From Candidatus Moraniibacteriota bacterium (GTDB lineage: Bacteria; Patescibacteriota; Minisyncoccia; Moranbacterales; UBA2206): 64,000 nucleotides of DNA. The stretch covers positions 103,411 to 167,410 of the forward strand of contig JAUSNP010000003.1 of the NCBI GenBank assembly GCA_030645735.1. Direction: 5' to 3'. Each line of letters opens with the position of its first letter. Within the stretch, counting starts at the first letter, position 1. A program made the translations under genes and the position numbers. Shown piece by piece: positions 9,713 to 19,788 of this stretch. Under the pieces are notes generated by a model. That model ran no database searches, was not told where the DNA came from, and saw only the letters and a list, made by a program, of their open reading frames with translations.

Positions 9713-9831
9713 CAAGTTTGCTTCTTAACAATTCAACAATTAAAAAAAGGGAGGTGAAAAGCATGACGAACTAGAAATAGCGAAAAATAAGGAGTATCAA
9801 GTTAATAATCTAAAATCAAGAGGAGAAGGCA

Positions 9832-11166
9832 ATGAGAAAAGCATTTTCGGTATTAATGCTTATCAGTATGTATTTTCTGTCCATGATTTCTGATGTCTCT
9901 GCATATTCGTATCTGCAGAACTTCGATGCCCTTTCGGTCGGATCTCTTTCCGGACAATTGGCCGAGATTCAAGCAACTGGTAACCCAATCATATCCGAAA
10001 ATGCATCTTATACGCCAGGAAATGCTCTGCGGCTGTATAAAAACAATTCTGATTTTAATTTCAATTCAACTGCACGATTGTATTTTGGGAACGGAAATTT
10101 CTATTCCCCCTTTACTTCTGCAGACGACACGATATCTTTCTGGTATTATCCGTCATATATCCGATATCAAACAAATACCTGTAATTTGCTGAGCATGGTC
10201 GGTTTGTATGGCCAAACTTCTGATTTGAAAATTATGGGAGTTCGCGCCACCTCGACCAATAACGGAACCTTTTATCTTGATTCTAGTAATTGTACCAAGG
10301 GAACTGCTATCGGCAATGTGTCTGCTGGCAATTGGTACTTCATAGAGGTAAAATTCGATTTTACCAATCACAACTACAAAGCTCGGATTAATGGTGGCGA
10401 TTGGTCTGTGCCTCTGCCTATTAGCTCTATTGTAAATCATATCTATTCATTAACATTTCAAACTGCCGGCACAGCCGTCATTAGTTCTGATTATTATGTT
10501 GATAATCTGATTGTGGGGCCCCTTGGCACGGCCTTCCCTGATCCACAATTGACTATTGTTCGTAATCCAGCAGAAGGCGGTGGCGTGTCGGATTATCCGG
10601 CTGGTGAGAACATTTATTGCGGAATTGATAATTATGAAATTTGCCAGGCCTCATTTGAATTAAACACGGAGGTCACCCTTGATGCCTATCCCAATGCTGA
10701 CTGGGCTTTCGCTTACTGGGATGATGGAACTACATGTCTCTATGACAACCCGTTGACAGTGACCATGGACAGCGCAAAGACGCTGACGACAAAGTTCTTT
10801 AAGACATTTACGAATAGAGTCGGAAACTTCCAAGCCAGTGTAGGATCCACAATAGACACTGGTCAGTGTGTTCCGTATGTTCGCTACGAAACTGATGTTC
10901 CGATATATGGAGATGCCTACACATGGTATGGGCAAGCAGTTTCTGCAAATTACGCAACAAGTGCAACCGTTCCCAGGGTTGGATCCATCATCGTGTTTGC
11001 CATTCAAAGCGGCATGACTTACGGGCATGTTGGAATCGTAACCTCAATTAATGGGAGCAGTTTGGGCATACGAAGCCAAAATTGGAATAATGATGAAAAA
11101 GTAAGTGACGACACTATCGATGTAAGTGGCTACACAATTATTGGGTATATCTACTATACGCCATAG
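9832..11166 (+). CDS. Secreted cell-wall hydrolase: N-terminal lectin-like domain + C-terminal CHAP domain
   Basis: Signal peptide. C-terminus GQCVPYVRYE...GHVGIVTSINGS carries the CHAP catalytic Cys and His motifs. Confidence 0.7.
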   Translation: MRKAFSVLMLISMYFLSMISDVSAYSYLQNFDALSVGSLSGQLAEIQATGNPIISENASYTPGNALRLYKNNSDFNFNSTARLYFGNGNFYSPFTSADDTISFWYYPSYIRYQTNTCNLLSMVGLYGQTSDLKIMGVRATSTNNGTFYLDSSNCTKGTAIGNVSAGNWYFIEVKFDFTNHNYKARINGGDWSVPLPISSIVNHIYSLTFQTAGTAVISSDYYVDNLIVGPLGTAFPDPQLTIVRNPAEGGGVSDYPAGENIYCGIDNYEICQASFELNTEVTLDAYPNADWAFAYWDDGTTCLYDNPLTVTMDSAKTLTTKFFKTFTNRVGNFQASVGSTIDTGQCVPYVRYETDVPIYGDAYTWYGQAVSANYATSATVPRVGSIIVFAIQSGMTYGHVGIVTSINGSSLGIRSQNWNNDEKVSDDTIDVSGYTIIGYIYYTP

Positions 11167-11194
11167 AAATCCAAGAAACATCTCTTGAACAGAA

Positions 11195-11226
11195 GGGTAG
11201 GACTAGCAACTAGTCCTACCCTTTTA
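11195..11226 (+). terminator. Rho-independent terminator
   Basis: GGGTAGGACTAG-caa-CTAGTCCTACCC followed by TTTT. Confidence 0.6.
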
Positions 11227-11261
11227 ATTTGAAAAACTCAGATGATGGTAGCTAGATAGTA

Positions 11262-12161
11262 TTAAAGAATTGTTTTTGCCTGCTTATTTTGCTCATCGTA
11301 ACACTTATTTATTATTTTAGATGGAAAATTAAATGGCTCAATAATGTCACAATTTGGAATGTCTTGTCCATTAAATACAACTTTCCAATTTCCATTTTTT
11401 CTTACTGCCAAAAAATAGGGCGCACTAATATTTTTTGATCCCCCAACTAGCATTGTCCCATTAAAATAACCCTTGGCGCTTTTGTTAATGCGAACATATA
11501 AGTTATTATTTAAGTAATAAGTTGAATGCGTAGGATCATTTTTTATATAAGAAATAAATGCTTGCACAAGTTCCTTTTTGTCTGTTTTTATAAATCCATC
11601 CTTATAAAACAACGCAGGATTTGGAGTATCAACTAAAACATTTTTTTCATCGTCCCAACAATCAGGCGTCATATCAGCTGGAAAATTGTATTTTTTGAAA
11701 TTTTGACATATTCCGTTGTAGCCCGCATAGCTGATACTTGTTAACGTCCATATGTCATTAAGCCCTGCTGCAAACCAAATTCCTTTTGCTGCATTATGGT
11801 ATTTGTTTGACTGATTATTGTCATAAGCAAATTCTCCAAAAGCATGGCTTCCATTATTTTTTTCAACGGTTGTGGTTACGCTATAATTTTTAACCTTCCA
11901 CTCCGGAAATTTTTTGAAAATAGCTTGTCTTATTATTCCCTCCAAGCTCACGCCAGGTTGCATTGTAACTGTTGGAAACTCTTCTCCTTCAAAACTATTC
12001 TGAACGCCTTGATTTTTTTGTTGCACATTATTCACCATCTGACTTTGTTGCGTTTGTTCAGATTTCCCATTTTCATAAATCCACATCAATGATACTGCCG
12101 TTATCGCAAATATAACAATAATTGCAACGCCTAATTTGGTATCGACTTTTTGATTTTTCAT
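11262..12161 (-). CDS. Hypothetical secreted / membrane-anchored protein
   Basis: 299-aa ORF with an N-terminal TM/signal anchor. No recognisable motif. Confidence 0.5.
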   Translation of the reverse strand: MKNQKVDTKLGVAIIVIFAITAVSLMWIYENGKSEQTQQSQMVNNVQQKNQGVQNSFEGEEFPTVTMQPGVSLEGIIRQAIFKKFPEWKVKNYSVTTTVEKNNGSHAFGEFAYDNNQSNKYHNAAKGIWFAAGLNDIWTLTSISYAGYNGICQNFKKYNFPADMTPDCWDDEKNVLVDTPNPALFYKDGFIKTDKKELVQAFISYIKNDPTHSTYYLNNNLYVRINKSAKGYFNGTMLVGGSKNISAPYFLAVRKNGNWKVVFNGQDIPNCDIIEPFNFPSKIINKCYDEQNKQAKTIL

Positions 12162-12299
12162 TTTTATATTTTGATTTGTTGATTATTTTTATATTATGCC
12201 AAACAATGCAAAAATTGTAAACGGAGGGAAGCATTCTAAAAATGATGAACCTTAATAAATATTTATGGCAGGCGAGAGATTTAGAAAAGAATTATTGAA

Positions 12300-13454
12300 T
12301 TATTTGCCTTGCAATGTTATGCGGTAGAGTTTGCCGTCGATTTTGTTTACGAAAAACAAGATACTTTCATCCGGACTGAGGAATAGGTTAGTGGCATCAT
12401 AAGTTTGAGTTATTTTGTCCAAATCAACCAGGCGAGTTTTTTCACCAGTGGTGGTGTTGACCATCCAAAAAGTGTCACTGGTAGTAATTTTGTTGTCATT
12501 GTAATCATTAGGCATCGTAGCTCCCTCCGGAATTGAGCTAGGTAGGGCATAATAAATATTCTTATTGCCCTTGGACCATGCACACTTGGAAACTAAAGTT
12601 GGGATGCCAAGGGTTTTGTATTCTCCACCAAAACTATTCATAACTCCCAATTGCAGTTTTGATCCGCCAGCTGTTTCCACGCTACTTTCTAAAAGCATAT
12701 TGCCATCATCGCTCCAAAGATAGTCAGCGCCAAATTTTTCACTGGCAAGCGTTTTTAGTTCGCCGCCAAAGACTGGCACAGTTTGCAGAAGAGTTTTGTT
12801 AAATGAATCAGCTTTGCTCCAGAAAGAAATCAGACCAGTCTTGGGAATAGCGGCAATGGCAATGTCTTTCATCGAAAGATCAATTATTTTTTTCCAATTG
12901 GCGCCATCTGGGTCAGCGACATTCAGAGTTCTTTCTTTGGTTTTAGCATCAAAATATTTATAGATTATTTTGTTGTTATTTTGCCAGACAACTGAATCTA
13001 AATTATCTTTCAATTGCACGCCTTTGTTTTGAGCATAGTCGTAGGAAAAGAATTTGGATGACAGACTGTTGATTGGAAAACCAGAAATAACACGCGACTT
13101 GTCGGGTGACCAATTGATACTGGACAAGTTGACGAGTTCTTTGCCGGAAATTGTTTTTTTGGCTTCGCTAAGGATGTCAATTTCAAAAGCTTTGCCCGTG
13201 GTTTTAGAATAATATCTGACAGCATCGCCATTAATAGAAAGTGTTGGCGACAAAACGGCCTCATCAACTAGGACTGCGATTTGGGCAGCTTTTTTGGCAA
13301 GTATATCTGGCGCTATTGCCTCAATAGCATCTGACGGAACATTGGAATTTGAAATGGGGGTCTTTTTGAAGGAAAGAATGTACACGCCCCAAAGAAGTAG
13401 AACCACAACAAGAGCAATTGAGGAAATTAGAAAAATTTTTTTAGGCAAAGACAT
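12300..13454 (-). CDS. Secreted beta-propeller protein (TolB-like repeats)
   Basis: N-terminal signal anchor. Repeated WSPD / SPDES...DGKLYRI motifs resemble TolB-type propeller blades. Confidence 0.5.
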   Translation of the reverse strand: MSLPKKIFLISSIALVVVLLLWGVYILSFKKTPISNSNVPSDAIEAIAPDILAKKAAQIAVLVDEAVLSPTLSINGDAVRYYSKTTGKAFEIDILSEAKKTISGKELVNLSSINWSPDKSRVISGFPINSLSSKFFSYDYAQNKGVQLKDNLDSVVWQNNNKIIYKYFDAKTKERTLNVADPDGANWKKIIDLSMKDIAIAAIPKTGLISFWSKADSFNKTLLQTVPVFGGELKTLASEKFGADYLWSDDGNMLLESSVETAGGSKLQLGVMNSFGGEYKTLGIPTLVSKCAWSKGNKNIYYALPSSIPEGATMPNDYNDNKITTSDTFWMVNTTTGEKTRLVDLDKITQTYDATNLFLSPDESILFFVNKIDGKLYRITLQGK

Positions 13455-13484
13455 AAAATATTAAAATAAAAAAGTTAGACATAC

Positions 13485-14366
13485 TTAGTTGTGACAAGCA
13501 TAACAGATATCCCAATGATCTTCTTCTACTGCATAAATATTGCCCGACGTATCTTTGTACATAGCTGCTCCGTCGGAGCGAGTTCCTGCAGGTGTATAAT
13601 TATTTTTAACATAAGAAGTCAAGCTGCTATTTAATCCCAAGTCAGCTTTGTAGCCATTGGCATGATTATAGATAGTGGTAGATGCATGGCCGTCTTCTGA
13701 GCCACCAGTTAGAGTGAGATTGCAATTGCAAGCCGTTTTTAAATTGGCAAGGCCGTTTATAGTTGACTCACGCAAGCCGGCAGTGCTAGTACAACCAGTT
13801 CCTTGTCCCACAGGGCAAGAATTAGGCCTATTAACACTAATGCCAGCCCCTGCTAGACGTTGTCTGACATCTGCCTCAATCCCAGTTGGCATCACAGGTT
13901 GCTTAGCTGGCACCGTTGTTGTCGGCGCTGAACTGGAAATAATATTCCCTCTATTCAAGCGCACTAAATTCGGATTGATTTCATATAATAGGAGAAAAGA
14001 AACTAACGCTAAAATCAAACCCACAATGGCATCAGTAATCACCCCCTTAGCCTTTTCCGCGCTAACCACATTGGCCGCTGACATAATATACATATAACCG
14101 CCGATAGTTATCATGAGCAAGGCCGAAACTCCCACTGCCCAAATCCCAAACTTGTAAACACCGGCAATATAAGTATAGAAATTGCTACCTGTATCAACAC
14201 CCGGGATTTGCTCCATCGGCACATAGGAAAGATTAAGAGCCGCCAAGGTTATGGTTGGGAAGAGTGATGGGATAAACAATAATAAAAACTTTTTCAAAGT
14301 AGGTATTATATAAAAATATTTATTAAATTTAAAATTGACTAGATAGCGCACAAAGCAATATCGCAA
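13485..14366 (-). CDS. VirB2/TrbC-pilin-like two-TM N-domain fused to a Cys-rich C-terminal domain (paralog 1)
   Basis: The N-terminal 120 aa are near-identical to the downstream paralog (signal peptide plus two hydrophobic helices). The C-terminus has more than 8 Cys (CPVGQGTGCTS...CNCN...CYACHN). The true start is probably the TTG near 14297, at the LKKFLLLFIPSLFPTITLAA signal peptide. Confidence 0.5.
   Translation of the reverse strand: MRYCFVRYLVNFKFNKYFYIIPTLKKFLLLFIPSLFPTITLAALNLSYVPMEQIPGVDTGSNFYTYIAGVYKFGIWAVGVSALLMITIGGYMYIMSAANVVSAEKAKGVITDAIVGLILALVSFLLLYEINPNLVRLNRGNIISSSAPTTTVPAKQPVMPTGIEADVRQRLAGAGISVNRPNSCPVGQGTGCTSTAGLRESTINGLANLKTACNCNLTLTGGSEDGHASTTIYNHANGYKADLGLNSSLTSYVKNNYTPAGTRSDGAAMYKDTSGNIYAVEEDHWDICYACHN
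13909..14265. repeat. 357-nt direct repeat, copy 1 (about 96% identical to 14904..15260)
   Basis: The two sequences were aligned by eye. They encode the shared pilin-like N-domain of the two tandem paralogs. Confidence 0.85.
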
Positions 14367-15304
14367 GCGTAGTCTTTAACGGTGCACATATTAGTTTTGG
14401 GGTCCGGGCCAGGATTTATGGGACAAGCCCATTTTGGAATATTGTCGGCCTTACAATCAACACTAAGTGAGTTTGGGTTTGAGTTGTCGGCACAACAATT
14501 ATAAGAAGCGGCAGCCATTTCAACTGCAGTTACGCTTGGATAGTTAAATTGTTTGATTGAATTTAATTTAGCTTCAAATGTTGCCACTCCAGCCTTGATG
14601 TTTGTCTCTGGATCGAACAAATTGCCAAATCGTGTGTCGCTAGAACATGACCCAGATGGCATGACTTGCATAAGTCCGCAGGCGCCAACAGGGCTAACTG
14701 AACTTGGGTCGCCCGTGGATTCATGGCAAATAATGGATCTAATTAGTTTCGCAGGTACGGAAGCTGTTTGATATTTATTTATAAGCGCCTCATATTGTCC
14801 AAGATTGGTGCAGGTCTTCTCGCAACTGCCAGTGCAAATATCAGCCAAGTTTGAAGCTGCGTTAGTACACGGCGGACTTTTTTGTCCAACTGGAACTGGA
14901 GCCGGCACTGTCGTCGTCGGTGCTGAACTGGAAATAATATTCCCTCTATTCAAGCGCACTAAATTCGGATTGATTTCATATAACAAGAGAAAAGAAACTA
15001 ACGCTAAAATCAAACCCACAATGGCATCAGTAATCACCCCCTTGGCCTTTTCCGCGCTAACCACATTGGCCGCTGACATAATATACATATAACCGCCGAT
15101 AGTTATCATGAGTAAGGCTGAAATCCCCACTGCCCAAATCCCAAACTTGTAAACGCCGGCAATGTAAGTATAGAAATTGCTACCCGTATCAACACCCGGG
15201 ATTTGCTCCATCGGCACATAGGAAAGATTAAGAGCCGCCAAGGTTATGGTTGGGAAGAGTAATAAAATAAAGATAGCAATGGATAGAAATTTTTTCTGAT
15301 TCAC
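14339..15304 (-). CDS. VirB2/TrbC-pilin-like N-domain fused to a lytic transglycosylase (SLT, VirB1-like) domain (paralog 2)
   Basis: Signal peptide plus two TM helices, then a C-terminal ES...GACGLMQVMP SLT catalytic motif. Confidence 0.6.
   Translation of the reverse strand: MNQKKFLSIAIFILLLFPTITLAALNLSYVPMEQIPGVDTGSNFYTYIAGVYKFGIWAVGISALLMITIGGYMYIMSAANVVSAEKAKGVITDAIVGLILALVSFLLLYEINPNLVRLNRGNIISSSAPTTTVPAPVPVGQKSPPCTNAASNLADICTGSCEKTCTNLGQYEALINKYQTASVPAKLIRSIICHESTGDPSSVSPVGACGLMQVMPSGSCSSDTRFGNLFDPETNIKAGVATFEAKLNSIKQFNYPSVTAVEMAAASYNCCADNSNPNSLSVDCKADNIPKWACPINPGPDPKTNMCTVKDYACDIALCAI
14904..15260. repeat. 357-nt direct repeat, copy 2
   Basis: See 13909..14265. Confidence 0.85.
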
Positions 15305-15341
15305 TTTTTGTTTTTTGTTTATGGCGTCGGCCTATTTTATT

Positions 15342-18300
15342 TTACACCCGATTTTGTTTTGGGAAAAGTGAAAACATTGTGCGAACAAGAAATAGTATCA
15401 ACCCCATAGTCAATATGACTCGGAAAAGGAAATTGATATAGCTTGGGATGGCCGAGAATAAGCTCGCCATAATTTTTTGTTGTGGCGTTCTAGCTTTCCC
15501 AATAACTCGGGAACCGCTAAGCGTATCAGTCATTTGAATTTCTATAGATTGAGAGACATTTTTTTCATAGAAGGCTGTTTGCGGAACCTCCCAGGTAGCA
15601 TTCAGCGCTCGTTTGACTAGATTTGTTTGAGTATAAAGTGAACCAAAGGTAATGTTATATTTCTCGCCTGTTGGTTTTTCGGCGACAAATACAAGCGTAC
15701 CATCATCCTTGATTTCAGTTATGCCAAGATCAGCCATATTAGCAGGCGTCACTGGCACGCCATCGAAAAACCAAGTCTTGTTTTCATAGCCAGAATTTGC
15801 TATGGGTTCACCATTAAGAAACCAAGCTTCATTTTTATGGAAAAGCGGATTGAGGGTTGGTTTGATTTCAATAGTTTCTCCTGTTAGAGCTTCAAATAAA
15901 TTATCACTAAGATCTGGCCACATATTTTCATTTACACCGTCTTTTTCATGATCAGGGTTTGCATTGATAGGATCAACATAGAAGCCAAGAAGCGTTGGGG
16001 CGCAAGTGCTAAGGTTAACGGATTTAAGAGCTATGGCTGGATCAGTGACTTTGAAGTTCTTGATTAAACTGGTTTTTTCACCTGTCACTGTGTTGGCAAC
16101 ATTAAGAGACAGGGTGTGCGGGGTGTTTCTTTCGGCAAGAATTGGGAAATAGGCTATATTTTTGTCAGTTTCTGCAATCGGTTTATTATCAAATGACCAG
16201 AGAAACTCATAATCCTTTAGTTTGTCTGGTTCCACAATAAACTTAGCCCCCATTATTTCATTTTTTGCCACAGGACAAGTGATGGCATCAAGATTATTTT
16301 CATCTGGAGCTGTCACACATCGCTCGGTTGTTGTGTCTAGGCTGACAGCTAGAGTGTCTGACACAGTTGTTGAAAAAATTTGGAGGGAGTTAGCGGACAT
16401 TTGAATAGGGATAATAACAGTTCCGACACCTTCCTTCTTTTTTGCACCGACGCCATCAACTGCTTTCAGCACAACTTTAGCATAAAAAAGATTGGGGTTT
16501 TCACTGGCTATTGCTTTAGCCTCACGTAAAAATTGTTCTGTAAAATTCAATTTCATTTGAAGACTATCTAGGCCAATGCCGGATAATTTTTTAACACCAG
16601 TTTCAGGTAGTGTGAGTAAATGCCAATCTTTGTCGGTGGCTGCAATATCAGAGCTGAGATAAATTTGCCAAGCATAATTCAGAAAGTCCTTATTGCCCTC
16701 GCTAACTATAGATGAGTTTATGTTGAGTTGATCTGCATTATCACCGATTGAATTTACTGGTGCGTTAGGAAAATAGGAAAGATTAATTTCCATTTTTTGA
16801 GCAGCAGCTCCTTCACTTGGCTCAAGAATATTAGCCATTAGACAATCATTTATGCTCTGCACACCCTTGCTTGCTGTGAAAATTTTGCCTGTTTGCGTAG
16901 CTGCAGACAAGGCTGGGTTATCAGCCAGTTCTTGTGTTGTGTAGGTTGCATATGTCCCATCGCTTTTTTTGTAACCGATTAACTCTGGGTGTTCTGTTTT
17001 GTTCACAGTTTCATATGAATCGGATAAATATGTGTATCCAGAACCGTCAAGACTTTCGGCGAATACCTTAGTTTTATCTTCCTTGTAATGTTTTGTTTGG
17101 GTGGAAACGGTGATTGTCACTATTTCGGCTGGGCCAGTCCCATGATCAGCAATAACATAAGGTCCATCTGAATATGTCTTAGTGTAAACAGTTTCATTAA
17201 CAGATTTATAATAAACATTAACATAAGTCGCCTCATGAGTTATTGGGTCTAATTTCGGCAAACCAGTAGCGCTGTCCAGTATCGGAGTAGTTTCTAATGG
17301 GCTGGTTAAATGGTATGTTGGATCCTCAGTCACAACAGAAGGCGCTTCTTCTCGTTTGGTTTTTTCGGGATCAGCTGTACACATATTTTTTGGCAATGCC
17401 CACATGGTCATATAGGAAGAGTCTTGGTAACCAGTAGCTTCCACAGAAATACCTTCAACCACCACACCGACCTTATCGCCTGTGGCATAATTCCAATTGA
17501 AAGTGAATTTTCCGAGTCCAGCCACAGCGGCTTCATCTACTGTGCCGCTACCTGCCGTGTCTTTGGAAGCTGGATTGGTGCGCCAAAACTCTTCTTCTTT
17601 CAGGGAAAATCGATTATCACCTCCAGCCGTGGTTTCCCCAGGAGCATTGGGAAAAAGATGTTCACAACTTGGAAACTCATATTCATTGCCACTAGAAAAA
17701 TTGTGCAAATAGCAGTGTTCATTCTTTGATGGCGTGCTTCTTTGATCATCGCCTCCAATGACGGCTTTATAGCTATCATCATCCCCAGTTTTATTTTTAT
17801 ATTGATTGTCCAAGGTGCAATAAGCTGGTTTTTGATCAGCGCTTACGGAGGCGTCTTTACAAAGAGGCGCGTCTTTACCTAGGGCTTGTTGCCAGTCAAA
17901 ACCGCCATTAGCAATAAGTCTCATAGCCTCAATTTTGTAATCTTCAACATCGATTCTTTTGTCATTATTCCAGTCTGTATTGCCATCTTTAGTTTTGTGG
18001 CCTTCACTGTCAGTTGCATCTGGTTTGCCAGTGTTATGTTGCAGATACCAAGTATAATATTGCACATTGGGGTCATTCATAAAATAAGTGGCAATAGCAC
18101 TGGCCGTGACTTTTTCTCCCGGAGTTGGATTTGTAGGCGTAAATGTTATGGCGACCTGAGGCGGTTCTTTTTTCTGACGAGCGGTATTCATCATCTGAAC
18201 TGTGTTTTTCGTTTCAGTTGAGCTTGCGCCAGATTCTTCTTTTACGGCAGCCATAAGTTTGTCGCGCACGGCATTGCCAACTTCGTCACCAGTGATATTG

Positions 18301-18386
18301 GTCTCGGCCAAGGCATATGGCAGACTCATTGAGAAAAGTATGTTGAAAATTAAAACAAAGACAAAAAGTTTTTTTATAAAATGCAT
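15342..18386 (-). CDS. Large (1014 aa) surface protein: N-terminal signal peptide, C-terminal TM anchor
   Basis: Long ORF with signal peptide MHFIKKLFVFVLIFNILFSMSLPYALA and C-terminal hydrophobic anchor LFRVILTMGLILFLVRTMF. Thr/Ser/Asn-rich, no recognisable catalytic motif. Inside the T4SS-like cluster. Confidence 0.55.
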   Translation of the reverse strand: MHFIKKLFVFVLIFNILFSMSLPYALAETNITGDEVGNAVRDKLMAAVKEESGASSTETKNTVQMMNTARQKKEPPQVAITFTPTNPTPGEKVTASAIATYFMNDPNVQYYTWYLQHNTGKPDATDSEGHKTKDGNTDWNNDKRIDVEDYKIEAMRLIANGGFDWQQALGKDAPLCKDASVSADQKPAYCTLDNQYKNKTGDDDSYKAVIGGDDQRSTPSKNEHCYLHNFSSGNEYEFPSCEHLFPNAPGETTAGGDNRFSLKEEEFWRTNPASKDTAGSGTVDEAAVAGLGKFTFNWNYATGDKVGVVVEGISVEATGYQDSSYMTMWALPKNMCTADPEKTKREEAPSVVTEDPTYHLTSPLETTPILDSATGLPKLDPITHEATYVNVYYKSVNETVYTKTYSDGPYVIADHGTGPAEIVTITVSTQTKHYKEDKTKVFAESLDGSGYTYLSDSYETVNKTEHPELIGYKKSDGTYATYTTQELADNPALSAATQTGKIFTASKGVQSINDCLMANILEPSEGAAAQKMEINLSYFPNAPVNSIGDNADQLNINSSIVSEGNKDFLNYAWQIYLSSDIAATDKDWHLLTLPETGVKKLSGIGLDSLQMKLNFTEQFLREAKAIASENPNLFYAKVVLKAVDGVGAKKKEGVGTVIIPIQMSANSLQIFSTTVSDTLAVSLDTTTERCVTAPDENNLDAITCPVAKNEIMGAKFIVEPDKLKDYEFLWSFDNKPIAETDKNIAYFPILAERNTPHTLSLNVANTVTGEKTSLIKNFKVTDPAIALKSVNLSTCAPTLLGFYVDPINANPDHEKDGVNENMWPDLSDNLFEALTGETIEIKPTLNPLFHKNEAWFLNGEPIANSGYENKTWFFDGVPVTPANMADLGITEIKDDGTLVFVAEKPTGEKYNITFGSLYTQTNLVKRALNATWEVPQTAFYEKNVSQSIEIQMTDTLSGSRVIGKARTPQQKIMASLFSAIPSYINFLFRVILTMGLILFLVRTMFSLFPKQNRV

Positions 18387-18395
18387 AGAAATGAA

Positions 18396-19055
18396 TTATT
18401 TAAAAATATGAATTATATAGGCATCTAAAAAGGTCATAAAAATCAAACTCATTAAAAATGAATATACAAATGAGCGACTTTTGTAAGTTGCGATTCCACC
18501 AGTAAAGGCCAGGATAATGGTTGGAGCCAGATGCCAGTCAAGAGAGCCTGTAGAGAGTGTAAATAAAACAAAAACCAGAGCCTGAATAATCGCTGAGGCC
18601 AGACTGAATTTTTTGGCGAGAGTGAAGAGGACAAATCCTTTGAAGAAAAAGTCATTGATAAATAAAAGCAAAGCCACTAGTACAAGTTCATTTAAAAGAA
18701 AGGCCCAGAAGTAGGTGCCTAGATAGGCCGGAATGGTATACTTGTTGGCAAAATCAAAGAATTGAAACAAGATAGAGACACTTAGAACGGAGACGACTAG
18801 CATCATTGCCGCCCAAACCAAGCCAAGTCTGGGATTTTGCAAATTGAGACCAAAATCACGCAAGTCTTTTTTGAGCACAAGTTTGATGTAGAGTGCAGGC
18901 AAGATAAACAAGAAAAGCAGATATTTACTGAAGTCTTGCAAAACCCCTTGCACTGGGAAAAAAACAAGCAGTATTATGCAAATCAAAACAACCACAGAAC
19001 TAATGATTTCTGTCTTCCAGTCAGAGAGGAATTGTGTAGTGGTATTGCTTTGCAT
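18396..19055 (-). CDS. Polytopic membrane protein (possibly degenerate CPBP/Abi-type)
   Basis: 219 aa, about 6 TM. Weak CPBP-like motifs (NELVLVALL, SLDWH). Confidence 0.4.
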   Translation of the reverse strand: MQSNTTTQFLSDWKTEIISSVVVLICIILLVFFPVQGVLQDFSKYLLFLFILPALYIKLVLKKDLRDFGLNLQNPRLGLVWAAMMLVVSVLSVSILFQFFDFANKYTIPAYLGTYFWAFLLNELVLVALLLFINDFFFKGFVLFTLAKKFSLASAIIQALVFVLFTLSTGSLDWHLAPTIILAFTGGIATYKSRSFVYSFLMSLIFMTFLDAYIIHIFK

Positions 19056-19126
19056 ATATTTTGTTGGTGCAAAAGGAGCTAAGCTCCTGAAAAGTTATGG
19101 CCTGGCTGGAGCTTAGCTCCCAATAA

Positions 19127-19714
19127 TTAAGCGACTTGTTGTGCAGTTGTAGTTGTATATTCTGAATCCGGATTTGGTTTTCGAGTTTGATTTTGCTGAG
19201 CCAATTCTTGCGCCTCTTCTCTTGCTTTGTCAGCAGCTACTTTTCTTTCAACGAGGGTTAGCCAGATAATGATAATAACTGCGAGCGTTTCTAGTGGTAG
19301 TACGTCAATGCCAGGAATAAATTCTATGATAGTTGTTCCAGCTAAAACTGAGATTTTCTTTGCAATTTTGCGTCCAACCTTGGAATTGCCGGATGCGCTG
19401 GTAATAAACATTGCAACAGCAATCACAATTGATGCCATGCCAGTTGATACAAATATTAATACAACGCCAAGTCCTCCCAATGCAATTAGTGCTGTATCAA
19501 CTAAATCAAGAATGTCCTTTAGTGCGGCAGCTGCCAAGGCAAGCCCAAATACCCAATCAGTTATAAGTTCAAGATGGGTCATGAGGGACCCGATGTTTTT
19601 AGCTGCATCAATGTTTTTCTTAGCATTTTGCAATGAATTTTTCAATGATCCAGCGCGGGAAGCGCTTAGGTTATCTTTGTTTTGATGTTCTGTTTGTTCG
19701 CTCATAATTTTCAC
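19127..19714 (-). CDS. Small membrane protein of T4SS-like cluster
   Basis: 195 aa with 3-4 hydrophobic helices and a charged C-terminal tail. Confidence 0.45.
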   Translation of the reverse strand: MKIMSEQTEHQNKDNLSASRAGSLKNSLQNAKKNIDAAKNIGSLMTHLELITDWVFGLALAAAALKDILDLVDTALIALGGLGVVLIFVSTGMASIVIAVAMFITSASGNSKVGRKIAKKISVLAGTTIIEFIPGIDVLPLETLAVIIIIWLTLVERKVAADKAREEAQELAQQNQTRKPNPDSEYTTTTAQQVA

Positions 19715-19722
19715 TTAGCGTT

Positions 19723-19775
19723 TTGGACACTGGGTGTCTTGAATTCTTAATGCCACTTGGACACCCAGTGTCCAA
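19723..19775. repeat. 16-bp inverted repeat TTGGACACTGGGTGTC / GACACCCAGTGTCCAA (21-nt spacer); each arm is itself a GACACnnnGTGTC palindrome
   Basis: Perfect 16-bp arms at 19723..19738 and 19760..19775. Lies between the VirB4 stop and the next gene's start. A related pair is at 43481..43528. Confidence 0.5.
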
Positions 19776-19788
19776 GTGATAGTTCTGA

